NCBI GenBank assembly: GCA_946628295.1
Contig: CAMOWI010000002.1
Coordinates: 11,596 to 75,595, forward strand
Length of the DNA: 64,000 nucleotides
Direction of reading: 5' to 3'
Source: an uncultured bacterium
GTDB taxonomy: Bacteria; Bacteroidota; Bacteroidia; Bacteroidales; Bacteroidaceae
Shown piece by piece: positions 1-9,572 of the stretch. Both the position numbers and the translations under genes were made by a program. How positions within the stretch are numbered: position 1 is the stretch's first letter; every line of letters begins with the position of its first letter. The notes under the pieces were generated by a model. The model was not told the origin of the DNA and ran no database searches. It saw only the letters and a list, made by a program, of their open reading frames with translations.

Positions 1-265
1 TCAGTCTTGGGGCGAACGAGCCGATGGGGGTGTCGATGCGATAGCCCATGGCCATCAGTTCGGCGGCGGCCATCTGGAACACGTCGAAGGCGCGGGTCAG
101 TTCGCCGAAGCGCAGGCCGTAGTTGCGGCTACAGAACTCGTCGACGCCCTTCATGAGCAACTTGTCGCGCATGGCCGGGCGTACATATACTATATTCCTG
201 CCGTCCTTTCCCTTGGCCGGTGTAGGATGAACTTCAAATGGCATTCCGCCTTTCTTTCTTGGCAT
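1..265 (-). CDS. HU-like DNA-binding protein, Bacteroidetes type (3' end outside the window)
   Basis: Hand translation from ATG at 265: MPRKKGGMPFEVHPTPAKGKDGRNIVYVRP...ELMAMGYRIDTPIGSFAPRL. The G-x-R-I...G-S-F pattern resembles HU-like proteins. TAnnTTTG motif upstream at 297-304 (minus). Confidence 0.55.
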   Translation of the reverse strand, partial: MPRKKGGMPFEVHPTPAKGKDGRNIVYVRPAMRDKLLMKGVDEFCSRNYGLRFGELTRAFDVFQMAAAELMAMGYRIDTPIGSFAPRL

Positions 266-455
266 ATTTCTTATGTTTTCTTTCGTTATTCCGTTGCAAA
301 TTTACAAAAAAAGCTTGACTTAGGAAAGCAATTTTGGAGAATTAACGCAGAATGACCGTAAATAAAAGGCAATCAAGGGAAAAATGAGGAAGTTCAGTTT
401 TAGGCTGAATGCAAATTTGGGAGGAATAAAGAAGTAGTTAGGTTTCTTATCCGGA

Positions 456-486
456 CTCGGCTATGCCGCTTCGCTCGTCGAAGAAC
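456..486 (-). repeat. Short dispersed element, copy 1 (translates as FDERSGIAE)
   Basis: Reverse complement gttcttcgacgagcgaagcggcatagccgag matches 8287-8317 at 29/31 nt. Confidence 0.8.
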
Positions 487-851
487 CCGCGAGACGGTCT
501 TTGGAGCCAGTTAAACTTCGTTAATCGGACAGGCAATATAGGGCATAACAACGCACCTCTCACCACCCGTTTCTGATTCCGCAAACTGCTATATTTTGCA
601 TAGCGATGGAACCAAGAAAAGATAGTAGTTTTGCAGCCTCTCCCAGTTCCAAACATTCTCGTCAATCTTCAATGCTCCAATTTGTTCTTGAGTAGCCATA
701 TTCCTACTTATTTTGAGCAAAAGTTGGCAATTTATCTGACTTTTCCCCAAAAAAGGCTTTCACCGCTCGGCCTTTGGACGCTTTTCTAGGAAAAGAAGGC
801 TTGTGGAAGTGTTTTTTTAGGTAATTATGTAACTCTTTAGAAAATTATTCG

Positions 852-859
852 TATCTTTG
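852..859 (+). promoter_or_regulatory. Bacteroidetes -7 promoter element
   Basis: TATCTTTG fits TAnnTTTG, about 50 nt upstream of ATG 911. Confidence 0.6.
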
Positions 860-910
860 TGGTCAAATATTGGCAATACAGTATGTGAACACCTAAAACG
901 TAAGAGGTAT

Positions 911-3900
911 ATGGAACAAAAAATCAACAGTATCTTTACAAAAAGTGATAATGAAGTAATCAAGATTCTAGCTCGTTGGTGGAAAATGAGTGAAGATGAA
1001 TTAATGAAACCATTTAAAGTCATTGCATCTTTTAAAAAATCCGATAAGAAGGATAAAAACAATCGAGAATATGGCTATTTTGTTGATGTAAGGAATCTTA
1101 ATGGAGATATATTGTATTACCCTCCAAAGTTTGGGCAAGTTAGGATTTTTTCTGTTTATAAAGATGGCTTTATGTCTAGTGATATTTGGCAGATAAATGT
1201 CAAATTAGCTCCTCGTGCACAGAGAGAAAAGCACAAGAATCCTTTTATGCTTACATTGGATAATGCAGTTGTTGGTAAGCCCAAAGTCCAATTCATAGAT
1301 AAACTAAAGAAAGAAAAACTCATTAGAAAGATATTCGAGGAAACTGGTTCTACCGAAAGAGATGCAAAAAATACCTCTAATGCTCTTCATGCGATTATGG
1401 GGGATCTTTATACAGAAACAGAACGTTTCGTTTTTGAGTTACTCCAAAATGCAGATGACCAGCCAGAGAATGGCAAACTGGTAAATGTTAAGTTAAAGAC
1501 ATTAGATGAGAACTTACTTTTCTTACATACAGGCAAGCCATTTTCTGAGGATGATGTTGAGAGTATTTCAAGTATCGGAGACAGTACTAAGAAAAAGGAT
1601 ACAGAAAAAACAGGATACAAAGGAATTGGCTTTAAGTCTGTATTTTCTGATGCAGATACTGTCTTTATAGATTCGGGTAATTTTTCATTTGCCTTTGACA
1701 AAAACTCTCCATTATATCCTGGCGAAGCGAATATGGACGAAATCCCTTGGCAAATCAAGCCAATCTGGGAGGAAAGATATCGACTGCCTAAAGAAGTTCA
1801 AAATGAGGATTTGTACTTCTTGGCTCCTGTTGGAATTGCATTAAATGTTGGTAGCGAGAAAATAGCCACTTATAACGAAAGAATTACTGAATTGCTTCAA
1901 AAGCCCCAGTTTACATTATTTTTGAGAAATGTTGGTGAGATTTCTTTTGAATCAAAAGGAAGTGATACCATAAAAATAAATAAGCAAGTAACGGAAACTG
2001 GATTCGTTCAGATAACTTCAAATAACAGTACAGAGAATTGGATTACGAAGGATTATATAGTTGAAATTCCCATAGAAACAAGGGATGCCATACAGAATGA
2101 GAAGTTAGTCCCAGCTAAATTGAAAGAAGCAACGAAAACCAAAATATCCTTCGCTGCAAAAATAGAGAATGGAACTATCTGCCCCGTAGATGATGCTGTA
2201 TTGTATACATACCTTCCTACTAAAGTAGATGATTTTGGTTTCAAATTCCTTGTTAACGCAGACTTCTTGACGACAGCAAGTCGTGAACAAATCCACTTTA
2301 AGAACATTTGGAACAGGTACCTCTTCTTTCAAATTGGAGGACTCTTGCTTGACTGGATTAAGAATCTAAACAGTTACAAAGGTGCATTGAGTTTACTGCC
2401 ATCAAAAATTGACGATGTAGAAAATCTTCTCTCTAATGACTTCTATAGTGCATTGATTCAATCTATATCAAATACACCTTTTGTAAAGGGGCATAAAGGG
2501 AATTTGATTACTATAAAGAATATTATGCTTGACAAATCAGGCTTGTCAGAGATTATTGGCAAAGACTTATTTTGTGAAATAATTAATCCCAGCAAATCGC
2601 TCCCGTTTGACGAAAAAGACGAAGATGCCTTATACAAATCCTCTCTTTTTGACGGTATTGAAGCGATTACCCCCCTTGCTGTTCTTGAGAAGATAAAACT
2701 AAATGTTCCTTTCCACAAATGGTTTCTTGATGCTGATGAGAATCAAAAAAAAGCGTTTTATGATTGGCTTATAAGCATAAACACAGAGAAGCGAAAACCC
2801 GCTATCCAGGTATTGGTAGACAATTTGCCTATATATAAATTCGGGGAGTCATATAATTATAAGAAATGGGTTGAAGAAGATACGAATAAATTTGTTATTC
2901 GCTCTCAACATGCAGCATTAAAGCCAATATTTGAGTATTGTGGATATGAGTGTTCAGACAATATAGATGAATCTCCTATATCCTGTTTTTATTCTGATAA
3001 TGTCATCAAATCAACATTCTCATACATTTTTGGTCATTTAACGAGTCGTGATTCCTTTTCCAAATGGTTGGCAATATCTTCAAATGAGGAACTCACAACT
3101 CTAATTGATTGGTTAGTGTTGCAAGACAAAACTAATCACAAAGCTGTTTCCGAGTTTGTAGAATCTTTGCCTATCGTTAAGTTTAATGATGTTTCGATGA
3201 CAAAGCTATCAGCTAGTCAAGATGCATCAAGAATAATTATTACGAACAAGTTCGAACCAGTAAAGACTATATTGACGAAGATGGGATTCTTGTGCTCTCA
3301 GAATATAGAGAATTCTCCATTTGCAGTCTTGCTCTCACTGCCTAAGGATATAGATCTGTTTAATAGGATTAAAGAGAAAACTAGCACCGCACCGCTTAGT
3401 CCAACAGAAAAGATAGAGTTGTTCAAAATACTAAAGCAGCTTACCGGTGTAACCGACACTCTGTTGTCACAAATAATCTTGTTCGCCAATAATACTGGTA
3501 CCCATCGTAAATGGCTAAGTGTCATGACAGCTTTTTCTACTGATCTACCTGTGTGGATGCATGGCTATTCTATAAACGAGAATGAAAATTTCGAAGAATT
3601 GCAACCTTATTTAGTTAAACATGAACACATCTTTGAGCATATAGTTAAACCGAATATAGAAGAAATTGCAGAAGGAACACCTCTAAAAGAAATATATTTA
3701 TCATACAAGGATTCTTGGACGTTAGAGTTTTCGAAAACCATCATTAATAAATATGGTATAACATTACCCGTAATAGATTTAGTTGAGAAATTACAGGATA
3801 GTGATTCGAAAAAATATTTCTTCCAGAAATTACAATTTATAAAGTTAAACCTAGATGAGGTATATACAAACACATCTCCAGTTTATAGAGTATTATCTCT

Positions 3901-5773
3901 TGCTTTCCAGACTTTAAACGACGATGAACTTCGCACCTTATCCAGAAAAATATTGATAGGTGAAAGGACTCTTTCTTCATTTATGGTGAGTGATGAAATT
4001 TCATTTGACTATCATGAAGGGAAACATATCCGATTACCACTCATCAAATTACTTCCTTCTTATGCCGATACAGGAATTATTCAAAAGATTAAAAACACTC
4101 TTTCAAACTTTGATACGGTGTCATTAAACAGACTGCTCGCTCTTAAACCGATGAGTACACAAGAGGTTTGGCAGAAAGTTGATCGAACTAATGGCTTAAC
4201 CCCATATTCATATCTGCTGGGGATATATCGTACCAGAAAGGTTAACAATTATTACAACAGCTACGTTCCTAACGTTGATTTGGCAGTGCAATCAGACTCT
4301 TGGATTGCAGAATTGCTTTCCATTATGTATGAACAAAAAGTAGAACTTTTTGATGACAGTTTTGGCTATAGGCTTTCATCATATTTTAGCGGCTACATTT
4401 CCAATGATTACGCTAATCCAGATGAGACTATCCTTCATTCAATTGAGAAATGGGCTGACACAGACGAGAAGTTATCTTACTTAGTAGGACTAGGGGTCAA
4501 AACTGAGCGCACAAATCTTATAAAGAGCAGGAAAGGATTAATTAATAACGAGATACTCAGTAGCAGTGAAGTTGAAAATCTTAAAGATCACATAACTTCT
4601 ACCATCAATTTGCTAAAGTCAAAAGCACTTTTGCCACTTCAAGGAAACAATCAGGTATCAGGAATGTTGGCGTTAGAACCCTATTCGAAGTATCTGGTAA
4701 TTTCTATTGATGAAGAAAAACTGTCTGCAAACTCTTATGAATATTCTTTGCCTGAATATGCGAACTGGAAACAGACAAGTGCACTAGCAGTATTCATGTA
4801 TGATGGCTTGATGCCGTATCAACTAAAGAAAACGAATGATAACGATTTGCTCATTTGTACATTTGAGAGAGATAACTATTATTACGATAGCGGTACTAAA
4901 AAGCTGTATGTCAATAAGTCCTCTGAAGTTCGTGACACGTTGTATGCCATAGTTTCCAACACGTCTATACCATTTACGGCAGAAGACTGGCAACAATTAT
5001 ATTATGACAATTTGGTATCAAAGTCTGAAGTAGAAAGTCGTGAGCAAGAAATAAAAGAGCTACAAAATGAATTAAAAGAATATAAAAAATTATTTGGTAA
5101 TCTTCCTCCAAAAGAAGAAGCAAAGAAAGTGGAGGATAAAAAGGAGCCAGATGGAAGTGAAGACAAAGCAAATAGAGAAGAGTCAAAATCCAATGAAGTT
5201 AAGGAATCGAGAAAAGACGATGACCCGACAATAAAGAACGGTAATAATTCTCAAATACCTAAATCCAAACAATACGAGGCGCAAATAGAGGCTCAAAAAT
5301 TCCTTATGCAAGAAAAACCTTTATGGCATTTTCCACTTCATTATGGTGAATACAAGGAGGAAGGTACACCTTACCATTTTTCAACTGTAGAGTTAAAAGA
5401 TGAGGAAGGGAAGCCCGTAGCCATAGTGCTAAAGAGTTACAAGAAGCAAGATGAGCCATTCAAACTGAACCCAGAAGAATTGGATTACATTTTTAAGGAT
5501 TCTGCCTATTTACTGATATACACAGGAGATGATATTAAGAGAATAGATAAGGAAGACCTCGTTAGGAATCAGTCTAGCATATCGCTTTCTTTCAGTACTG
5601 AGAATCTTGATATTGAGGAGCGTATAGATGCATTCTGCACAACATTACATTACTTCAAAGAATTGCATTTTGATTTTAGTAGTTTCAATATTGCTGAGAA
5701 TGCCGAATCCATCAAGAATATCTTTAAGAAAAACGAGGGAACACAAAACACTAATACAGAGGGGGATTTGTGA
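911..5773 (+). CDS. Large sacsin/NOV-like protein with N-terminal GHKL ATPase domain
   Basis: Motifs FVFELLQNADD, HTGKPFSEDDVESISSIGDSTK, GYKGIGFKSVF, FLVNADFLTTASRE. The ORF-track start (TTG 857) overlaps the promoter, so ATG 911 is preferred. Confidence 0.8.
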   Translation: MEQKINSIFTKSDNEVIKILARWWKMSEDELMKPFKVIASFKKSDKKDKNNREYGYFVDVRNLNGDILYYPPKFGQVRIFSVYKDGFMSSDIWQINVKLAPRAQREKHKNPFMLTLDNAVVGKPKVQFIDKLKKEKLIRKIFEETGSTERDAKNTSNALHAIMGDLYTETERFVFELLQNADDQPENGKLVNVKLKTLDENLLFLHTGKPFSEDDVESISSIGDSTKKKDTEKTGYKGIGFKSVFSDADTVFIDSGNFSFAFDKNSPLYPGEANMDEIPWQIKPIWEERYRLPKEVQNEDLYFLAPVGIALNVGSEKIATYNERITELLQKPQFTLFLRNVGEISFESKGSDTIKINKQVTETGFVQITSNNSTENWITKDYIVEIPIETRDAIQNEKLVPAKLKEATKTKISFAAKIENGTICPVDDAVLYTYLPTKVDDFGFKFLVNADFLTTASREQIHFKNIWNRYLFFQIGGLLLDWIKNLNSYKGALSLLPSKIDDVENLLSNDFYSALIQSISNTPFVKGHKGNLITIKNIMLDKSGLSEIIGKDLFCEIINPSKSLPFDEKDEDALYKSSLFDGIEAITPLAVLEKIKLNVPFHKWFLDADENQKKAFYDWLISINTEKRKPAIQVLVDNLPIYKFGESYNYKKWVEEDTNKFVIRSQHAALKPIFEYCGYECSDNIDESPISCFYSDNVIKSTFSYIFGHLTSRDSFSKWLAISSNEELTTLIDWLVLQDKTNHKAVSEFVESLPIVKFNDVSMTKLSASQDASRIIITNKFEPVKTILTKMGFLCSQNIENSPFAVLLSLPKDIDLFNRIKEKTSTAPLSPTEKIELFKILKQLTGVTDTLLSQIILFANNTGTHRKWLSVMTAFSTDLPVWMHGYSINENENFEELQPYLVKHEHIFEHIVKPNIEEIAEGTPLKEIYLSYKDSWTLEFSKTIINKYGITLPVIDLVEKLQDSDSKKYFFQKLQFIKLNLDEVYTNTSPVYRVLSLAFQTLNDDELRTLSRKILIGERTLSSFMVSDEISFDYHEGKHIRLPLIKLLPSYADTGIIQKIKNTLSNFDTVSLNRLLALKPMSTQEVWQKVDRTNGLTPYSYLLGIYRTRKVNNYYNSYVPNVDLAVQSDSWIAELLSIMYEQKVELFDDSFGYRLSSYFSGYISNDYANPDETILHSIEKWADTDEKLSYLVGLGVKTERTNLIKSRKGLINNEILSSSEVENLKDHITSTINLLKSKALLPLQGNNQVSGMLALEPYSKYLVISIDEEKLSANSYEYSLPEYANWKQTSALAVFMYDGLMPYQLKKTNDNDLLICTFERDNYYYDSGTKKLYVNKSSEVRDTLYAIVSNTSIPFTAEDWQQLYYDNLVSKSEVESREQEIKELQNELKEYKKLFGNLPPKEEAKKVEDKKEPDGSEDKANREESKSNEVKESRKDDDPTIKNGNNSQIPKSKQYEAQIEAQKFLMQEKPLWHFPLHYGEYKEEGTPYHFSTVELKDEEGKPVAIVLKSYKKQDEPFKLNPEELDYIFKDSAYLLIYTGDDIKRIDKEDLVRNQSSISLSFSTENLDIEERIDAFCTTLHYFKELHFDFSSFNIAENAESIKNIFKKNEGTQNTNTEGDL

Positions 5774-8004
5774 TGAAGTACACAAGGCAAGAGTATGTAA
5801 GGTTTCTCTGCACAGAGTTAGAGGCCCAAGAGAAAAGCTATGAGCAGATTGTTAAAACAAAAGCCACTGTCCTCAAAGACAATGGTGAGGTGTTCGTAGG
5901 CATGTTTCAAAGAATCAACGAGGCGGGTTTTGCTGTTTTTAAAGTTCGTAACTCAGAAAACATGCCTCGTAAGAATTCTTTCTGGTCAGCTGTTTACCTA
6001 AACGGAGAAATGGGGAAATTCAGGAATTGGGTCGATTTGTCATGGAATAAACTTCGAGAAGATTATCAGAGGGATTTCTCCGATTGTCTTTGTGCTTGGA
6101 TTTCTAAGTCTGAAGACTCTGCCTTCTGTCTTGTCGGAATAAAGAATCTAACAATTGAATTCACTGAATTATTGGAACAGGGAAAGACCATTATTGCATT
6201 TGGCCCTAAAGACCCACCTTTGCAGTATCTATTGAATCTTATCCAAATAGTAAAAGATGAGCAATGTCAGGAAACAAAACTTATTTTAGACTTTGACGAA
6301 TGTGATAATCAATGGAATCCAAGGAAGATCGGAGCCAAAGAAGATTTGGTGTCTTTACTTTTAGATGGTCACTCAAAAGAAAAAAGTGTGGTAGTTCAGG
6401 GACCTCCAGGAACTGGTAAAACAACAAGAATGGCTCAACTTGCAGCAAAATTATTAAGAGAGAACAAAAGTGTCCTTGTTACAGCTCTGACCAACCAAGC
6501 CCTTATTGAGCTTGCAAAGAAAGATAATTTACAGGAATTCATCGAAAAAAGAAAAGTATCAAAAACAAGTCTCACTATTGATGAAAAACGAGAGCAACCT
6601 AATCTACAGGAGATAAAGGAGAATAAGTGTAACGCCTCTTCTGGCTACTTATCACTAGCCACTTTCTATTTGTCCAGTGGATGGGCAGTAGATGTTACAA
6701 ACGTTCCTTTTGATTATGTGATTATGGATGAGGCGAGTCAGGCTTTATTGCCAATGATTGCTGCATCCATGAAACTTGGCAAGAGAGTCATCTTGATTGG
6801 TGACCAAAAGCAACTTCCGCCGATTGTATTAACAAACGAAGACACTATCAATAGATTTGGTTGGTCAGATATTATCAAAGGTTTCCAATCTATATGCAGC
6901 TATTTCTGTTTTAGTTCATTCATGCTGAGTGACACATATCGAATGACTGCACGAGGGGCAGAATGTACAGGGGCATTTTATAATAATGAACTGCGATCTG
7001 TTTCTGAATCGCAAGAATTTGTTACAAGCATCGCAGACTTAAATCCAAAAGGTGGTGCTATAGTTAAAGAAATGGATATGAGAGTCGGGGACAAGAACCC
7101 ACAAAATGCTTTCGACTATATTTTTGACCTGACAAAGAGGATCCTATTTGAAAATTCTAAAGCAGAAATTGCTGTCCTGTCAAAATTCAGGGAAACAACT
7201 CGACAGTTGCAGAAATATTTTACTTTAAAATGGGATGGGAAAGATTATCCTGATAATATAAAAATAGATACGATTGACAGGGTACAAGGGCTAACGGTGC
7301 ATTTCTGCTTTTTCCTTATTCCTAATTCTTCAATCAGATACTCATTGGAGTCGGAATTGTTTAATGTGGCTACTTCAAGAGCCATGAACAACACTATCAT
7401 AGTATTACCTTCTACGCTGTATAAGGAAATTATTCCAGAAGAAGTCAAAAACTACCTTTTGAAAGCAAAACAGGGAGATGGAGTATTTGTCGGTTCTCAA
7501 CCAAAGGTAATATCTTCTGGTGACGTTCATGTAAAGGTCATTGACAAAATCGACTTATCAAGGTTTGAGACTCCGAGACAAAAGGCAGTAAAGTCCAATA
7601 CGAAGCAAAACATATATATTATTGACACAAATGTTCTTGTCAACTGCCCTGATATAATCTCCAAGATTGACGAGAAATATATGGTAGTGTTGTCTGCTAA
7701 AGTTATTGATGAACTTGATAAACTTAAAATAAAATTGAATGCGACGGAAAGGCAAAATGTTGAGAAGGCTTTGCGTACTATCAACCGGGCGATGGATAAA
7801 CGGGATATTAAGATGGAACTTTCTGATGTTGAGTTGCTACCTAATGACTTCAACAAGAAATCGCCAGACAACAATATCCTGACCGTTGCACTAAAGTATA
7901 AGAATGAGAATCCGATACTGTTGACTTCAGACAATGGACTACAAGTCAAGGCTAAAGGATTGGGCATAGCAACAATTTCGCTGAAGGATTTCTTGAAAAG
8001 ATGA
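5773..8004 (+). CDS. SF1 (Upf1/DNA2-like) helicase fused to a C-terminal PIN ribonuclease domain
   Basis: QGPPGTGKT, TNQAL, IMDEASQ, GDQKQLPP, YRM, TIDRVQG, FNVATSRA. PIN motifs IIDTNVL, VIDELDKLK, PDNNIL, LLTSDNGLQVKA. TGATG stop/start overlap with the upstream gene. Confidence 0.9.
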   Translation: MKYTRQEYVRFLCTELEAQEKSYEQIVKTKATVLKDNGEVFVGMFQRINEAGFAVFKVRNSENMPRKNSFWSAVYLNGEMGKFRNWVDLSWNKLREDYQRDFSDCLCAWISKSEDSAFCLVGIKNLTIEFTELLEQGKTIIAFGPKDPPLQYLLNLIQIVKDEQCQETKLILDFDECDNQWNPRKIGAKEDLVSLLLDGHSKEKSVVVQGPPGTGKTTRMAQLAAKLLRENKSVLVTALTNQALIELAKKDNLQEFIEKRKVSKTSLTIDEKREQPNLQEIKENKCNASSGYLSLATFYLSSGWAVDVTNVPFDYVIMDEASQALLPMIAASMKLGKRVILIGDQKQLPPIVLTNEDTINRFGWSDIIKGFQSICSYFCFSSFMLSDTYRMTARGAECTGAFYNNELRSVSESQEFVTSIADLNPKGGAIVKEMDMRVGDKNPQNAFDYIFDLTKRILFENSKAEIAVLSKFRETTRQLQKYFTLKWDGKDYPDNIKIDTIDRVQGLTVHFCFFLIPNSSIRYSLESELFNVATSRAMNNTIIVLPSTLYKEIIPEEVKNYLLKAKQGDGVFVGSQPKVISSGDVHVKVIDKIDLSRFETPRQKAVKSNTKQNIYIIDTNVLVNCPDIISKIDEKYMVVLSAKVIDELDKLKIKLNATERQNVEKALRTINRAMDKRDIKMELSDVELLPNDFNKKSPDNNILTVALKYKNENPILLTSDNGLQVKAKGLGIATISLKDFLKR

Positions 8005-8230
8005 CTCACCGCCGCGATTACATAATGATGCATAAATGAAACATGATGGCATACTTTAGCCATACTCTACCCAAGGTGTAGCCATACTCTAGGCTGCTTC
8101 TATGCTTACTCATGAGTATGCTAGGAGTATGGGTAGAAGCAGGCAGAAAGCAGCCTGAAAGGAGGCAAAACGATGTAAGATAGCTGAGGGGATATGTAAT
8201 ACAGAACGGAATAAAAACGTTATTAGAGAT

Positions 8231-8326
8231 ATGACGACAGAAGATATACTGAGGTTAAGAGACAGGGCAGAACAGACGCGAGTGCAGTTCTTCGACAAGC
8301 GAAGCGGCAAAGCCGAGCGCAAGGAG
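8231..8326 (+). pseudogene. N-terminal remnant of an AlbA/Schlafen-domain protein carrying the 30-bp insert
   Basis: Reads MTTEDILRLRDRAEQTRVQF-[FDKRSGKAER]-KE; removing the insert restores an AlbA-like VQFKE motif. The frame stops soon after. Confidence 0.5.
8287..8320 (+). repeat. Short dispersed element, copy 2 (FDKRSGKAER)
   Basis: Inverted 29/31 match to 456-486. Confidence 0.8.
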
Positions 8327-8403
8327 TGTGAGACTCGCGACGAAATACGGAGTGTGACGAATTAACTGAGTAGAGAACGATTAAATATATTTATTTATAA
8401 ACA

Positions 8404-9390
8404 ATGGAAGAAAACAATAAAATTCTCATATACACAGATGGCAGCGGGCTTACGAGAATAGACGTGAAACTGGAAGAGGACACGCTGTGGCTTACCCAAG
8501 CCCAGATGTGCGAACTCTATCAGACAAGCAAATCGAATGTTAGTGAGCATATCAAGCACATCTTTGAAGAGGGCGAACTACAGGAAAAAGCAGTTGTTCG
8601 GAAATTCCGAACAACTGCCGCAGACGGCAAGTCGTATCTGATGACATTCTATAATCTGGACATGATTATCGCCCTTGGATATAGGGTGCGCTCTATCATT
8701 GCAACACGGTTCAGACAATGGGCAACGGAACGGCTCAAAGAATATATTGTAAAGGGGTTTACACTCGACGATGAAAGGCTGAAAAAACTTGGTGGAGGTG
8801 GCTACTGGAAGGAATTGCTCGAACGCATTAGAGATATACGTGCCACTGAAAAGGTGCTCTACCGACAAGTGCTGGAAATCTATGCAACAAGTATTGACTA
8901 TGACCCAAGGGCGTCAATATCGCAAGAGTTTTTCAAGAAAGTACAGAACAAGATTCATTATGCCATTCATGGACGCACGGCAGCAGAACTGATAATGGAA
9001 CGTGCTGATGCTGAGAAAGACTTCATGGGGCTCCTCTCTTTCAAGGGGCGTCAACCTACTCTGGTTGAGGCTAAAACTGCAAAAAACTATCTTGATGCAA
9101 AGGAACTTAGGGCAATGGGACAACTGGTCTCTGGATATTTGGACTTTGCTGAACGGCAGGCAGAGCGTGAGCAGCCAATGACCATGAATGACTGGGCTAA
9201 TTATTTGGACCGCATTCTTACTATGTCAGGAGAGCAACTGTTGCAAGGGGCTGGCAGCATAACACATGAAGAAGCAATGGAACATGCCACAAATGAGTAT
9301 CGCAAATACAAGCAACGCACCATTAGTGATGTTGAGCAGGACTATCTTGATGCCATAAAACGGATAGGCAATATAGGGGAAAAAGAATGA
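8404..9390 (+). CDS. RhuM family protein
   Basis: WLTQAQMCELY, YNLDMIIALGYRVRS, FRQWAT.RLKEYIVKGFTLDDERLK, LLERIRDIR. Confidence 0.9.
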   Translation: MEENNKILIYTDGSGLTRIDVKLEEDTLWLTQAQMCELYQTSKSNVSEHIKHIFEEGELQEKAVVRKFRTTAADGKSYLMTFYNLDMIIALGYRVRSIIATRFRQWATERLKEYIVKGFTLDDERLKKLGGGGYWKELLERIRDIRATEKVLYRQVLEIYATSIDYDPRASISQEFFKKVQNKIHYAIHGRTAAELIMERADAEKDFMGLLSFKGRQPTLVEAKTAKNYLDAKELRAMGQLVSGYLDFAERQAEREQPMTMNDWANYLDRILTMSGEQLLQGAGSITHEEAMEHATNEYRKYKQRTISDVEQDYLDAIKRIGNIGEKE

Positions 9391-9483
9391 AGTTTACTCC
9401 TGATATCAAGTTCGTCAATGGCGAGACGCTTAATGAGTTTGTTGTGACGGTTGAGCGTAGAAATGTAGGAGAAACTGATGTTA
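9387..9483 (+). repeat. 97-bp imperfect direct repeat, copy 1
   Basis: About 86/97 nt identical to 11222-11318 by manual alignment; both encode KFTPDIKFVN.ETLNEF.VTVERR. Confidence 0.85.
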
Positions 9484-9572
9484 GTGTAATCACGGGTACA
9501 TGATTCATCAACACAAAGTATAGAATTCCCAAATAATTAATTACTTTTGCAAACGAAAACGACATTGAAGAT

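Noticed and set aside
447-665. 72-aa minus-strand ORF as a real gene
   Set aside because: TTG start, no family signal, and the end is formed by the 30-bp element.
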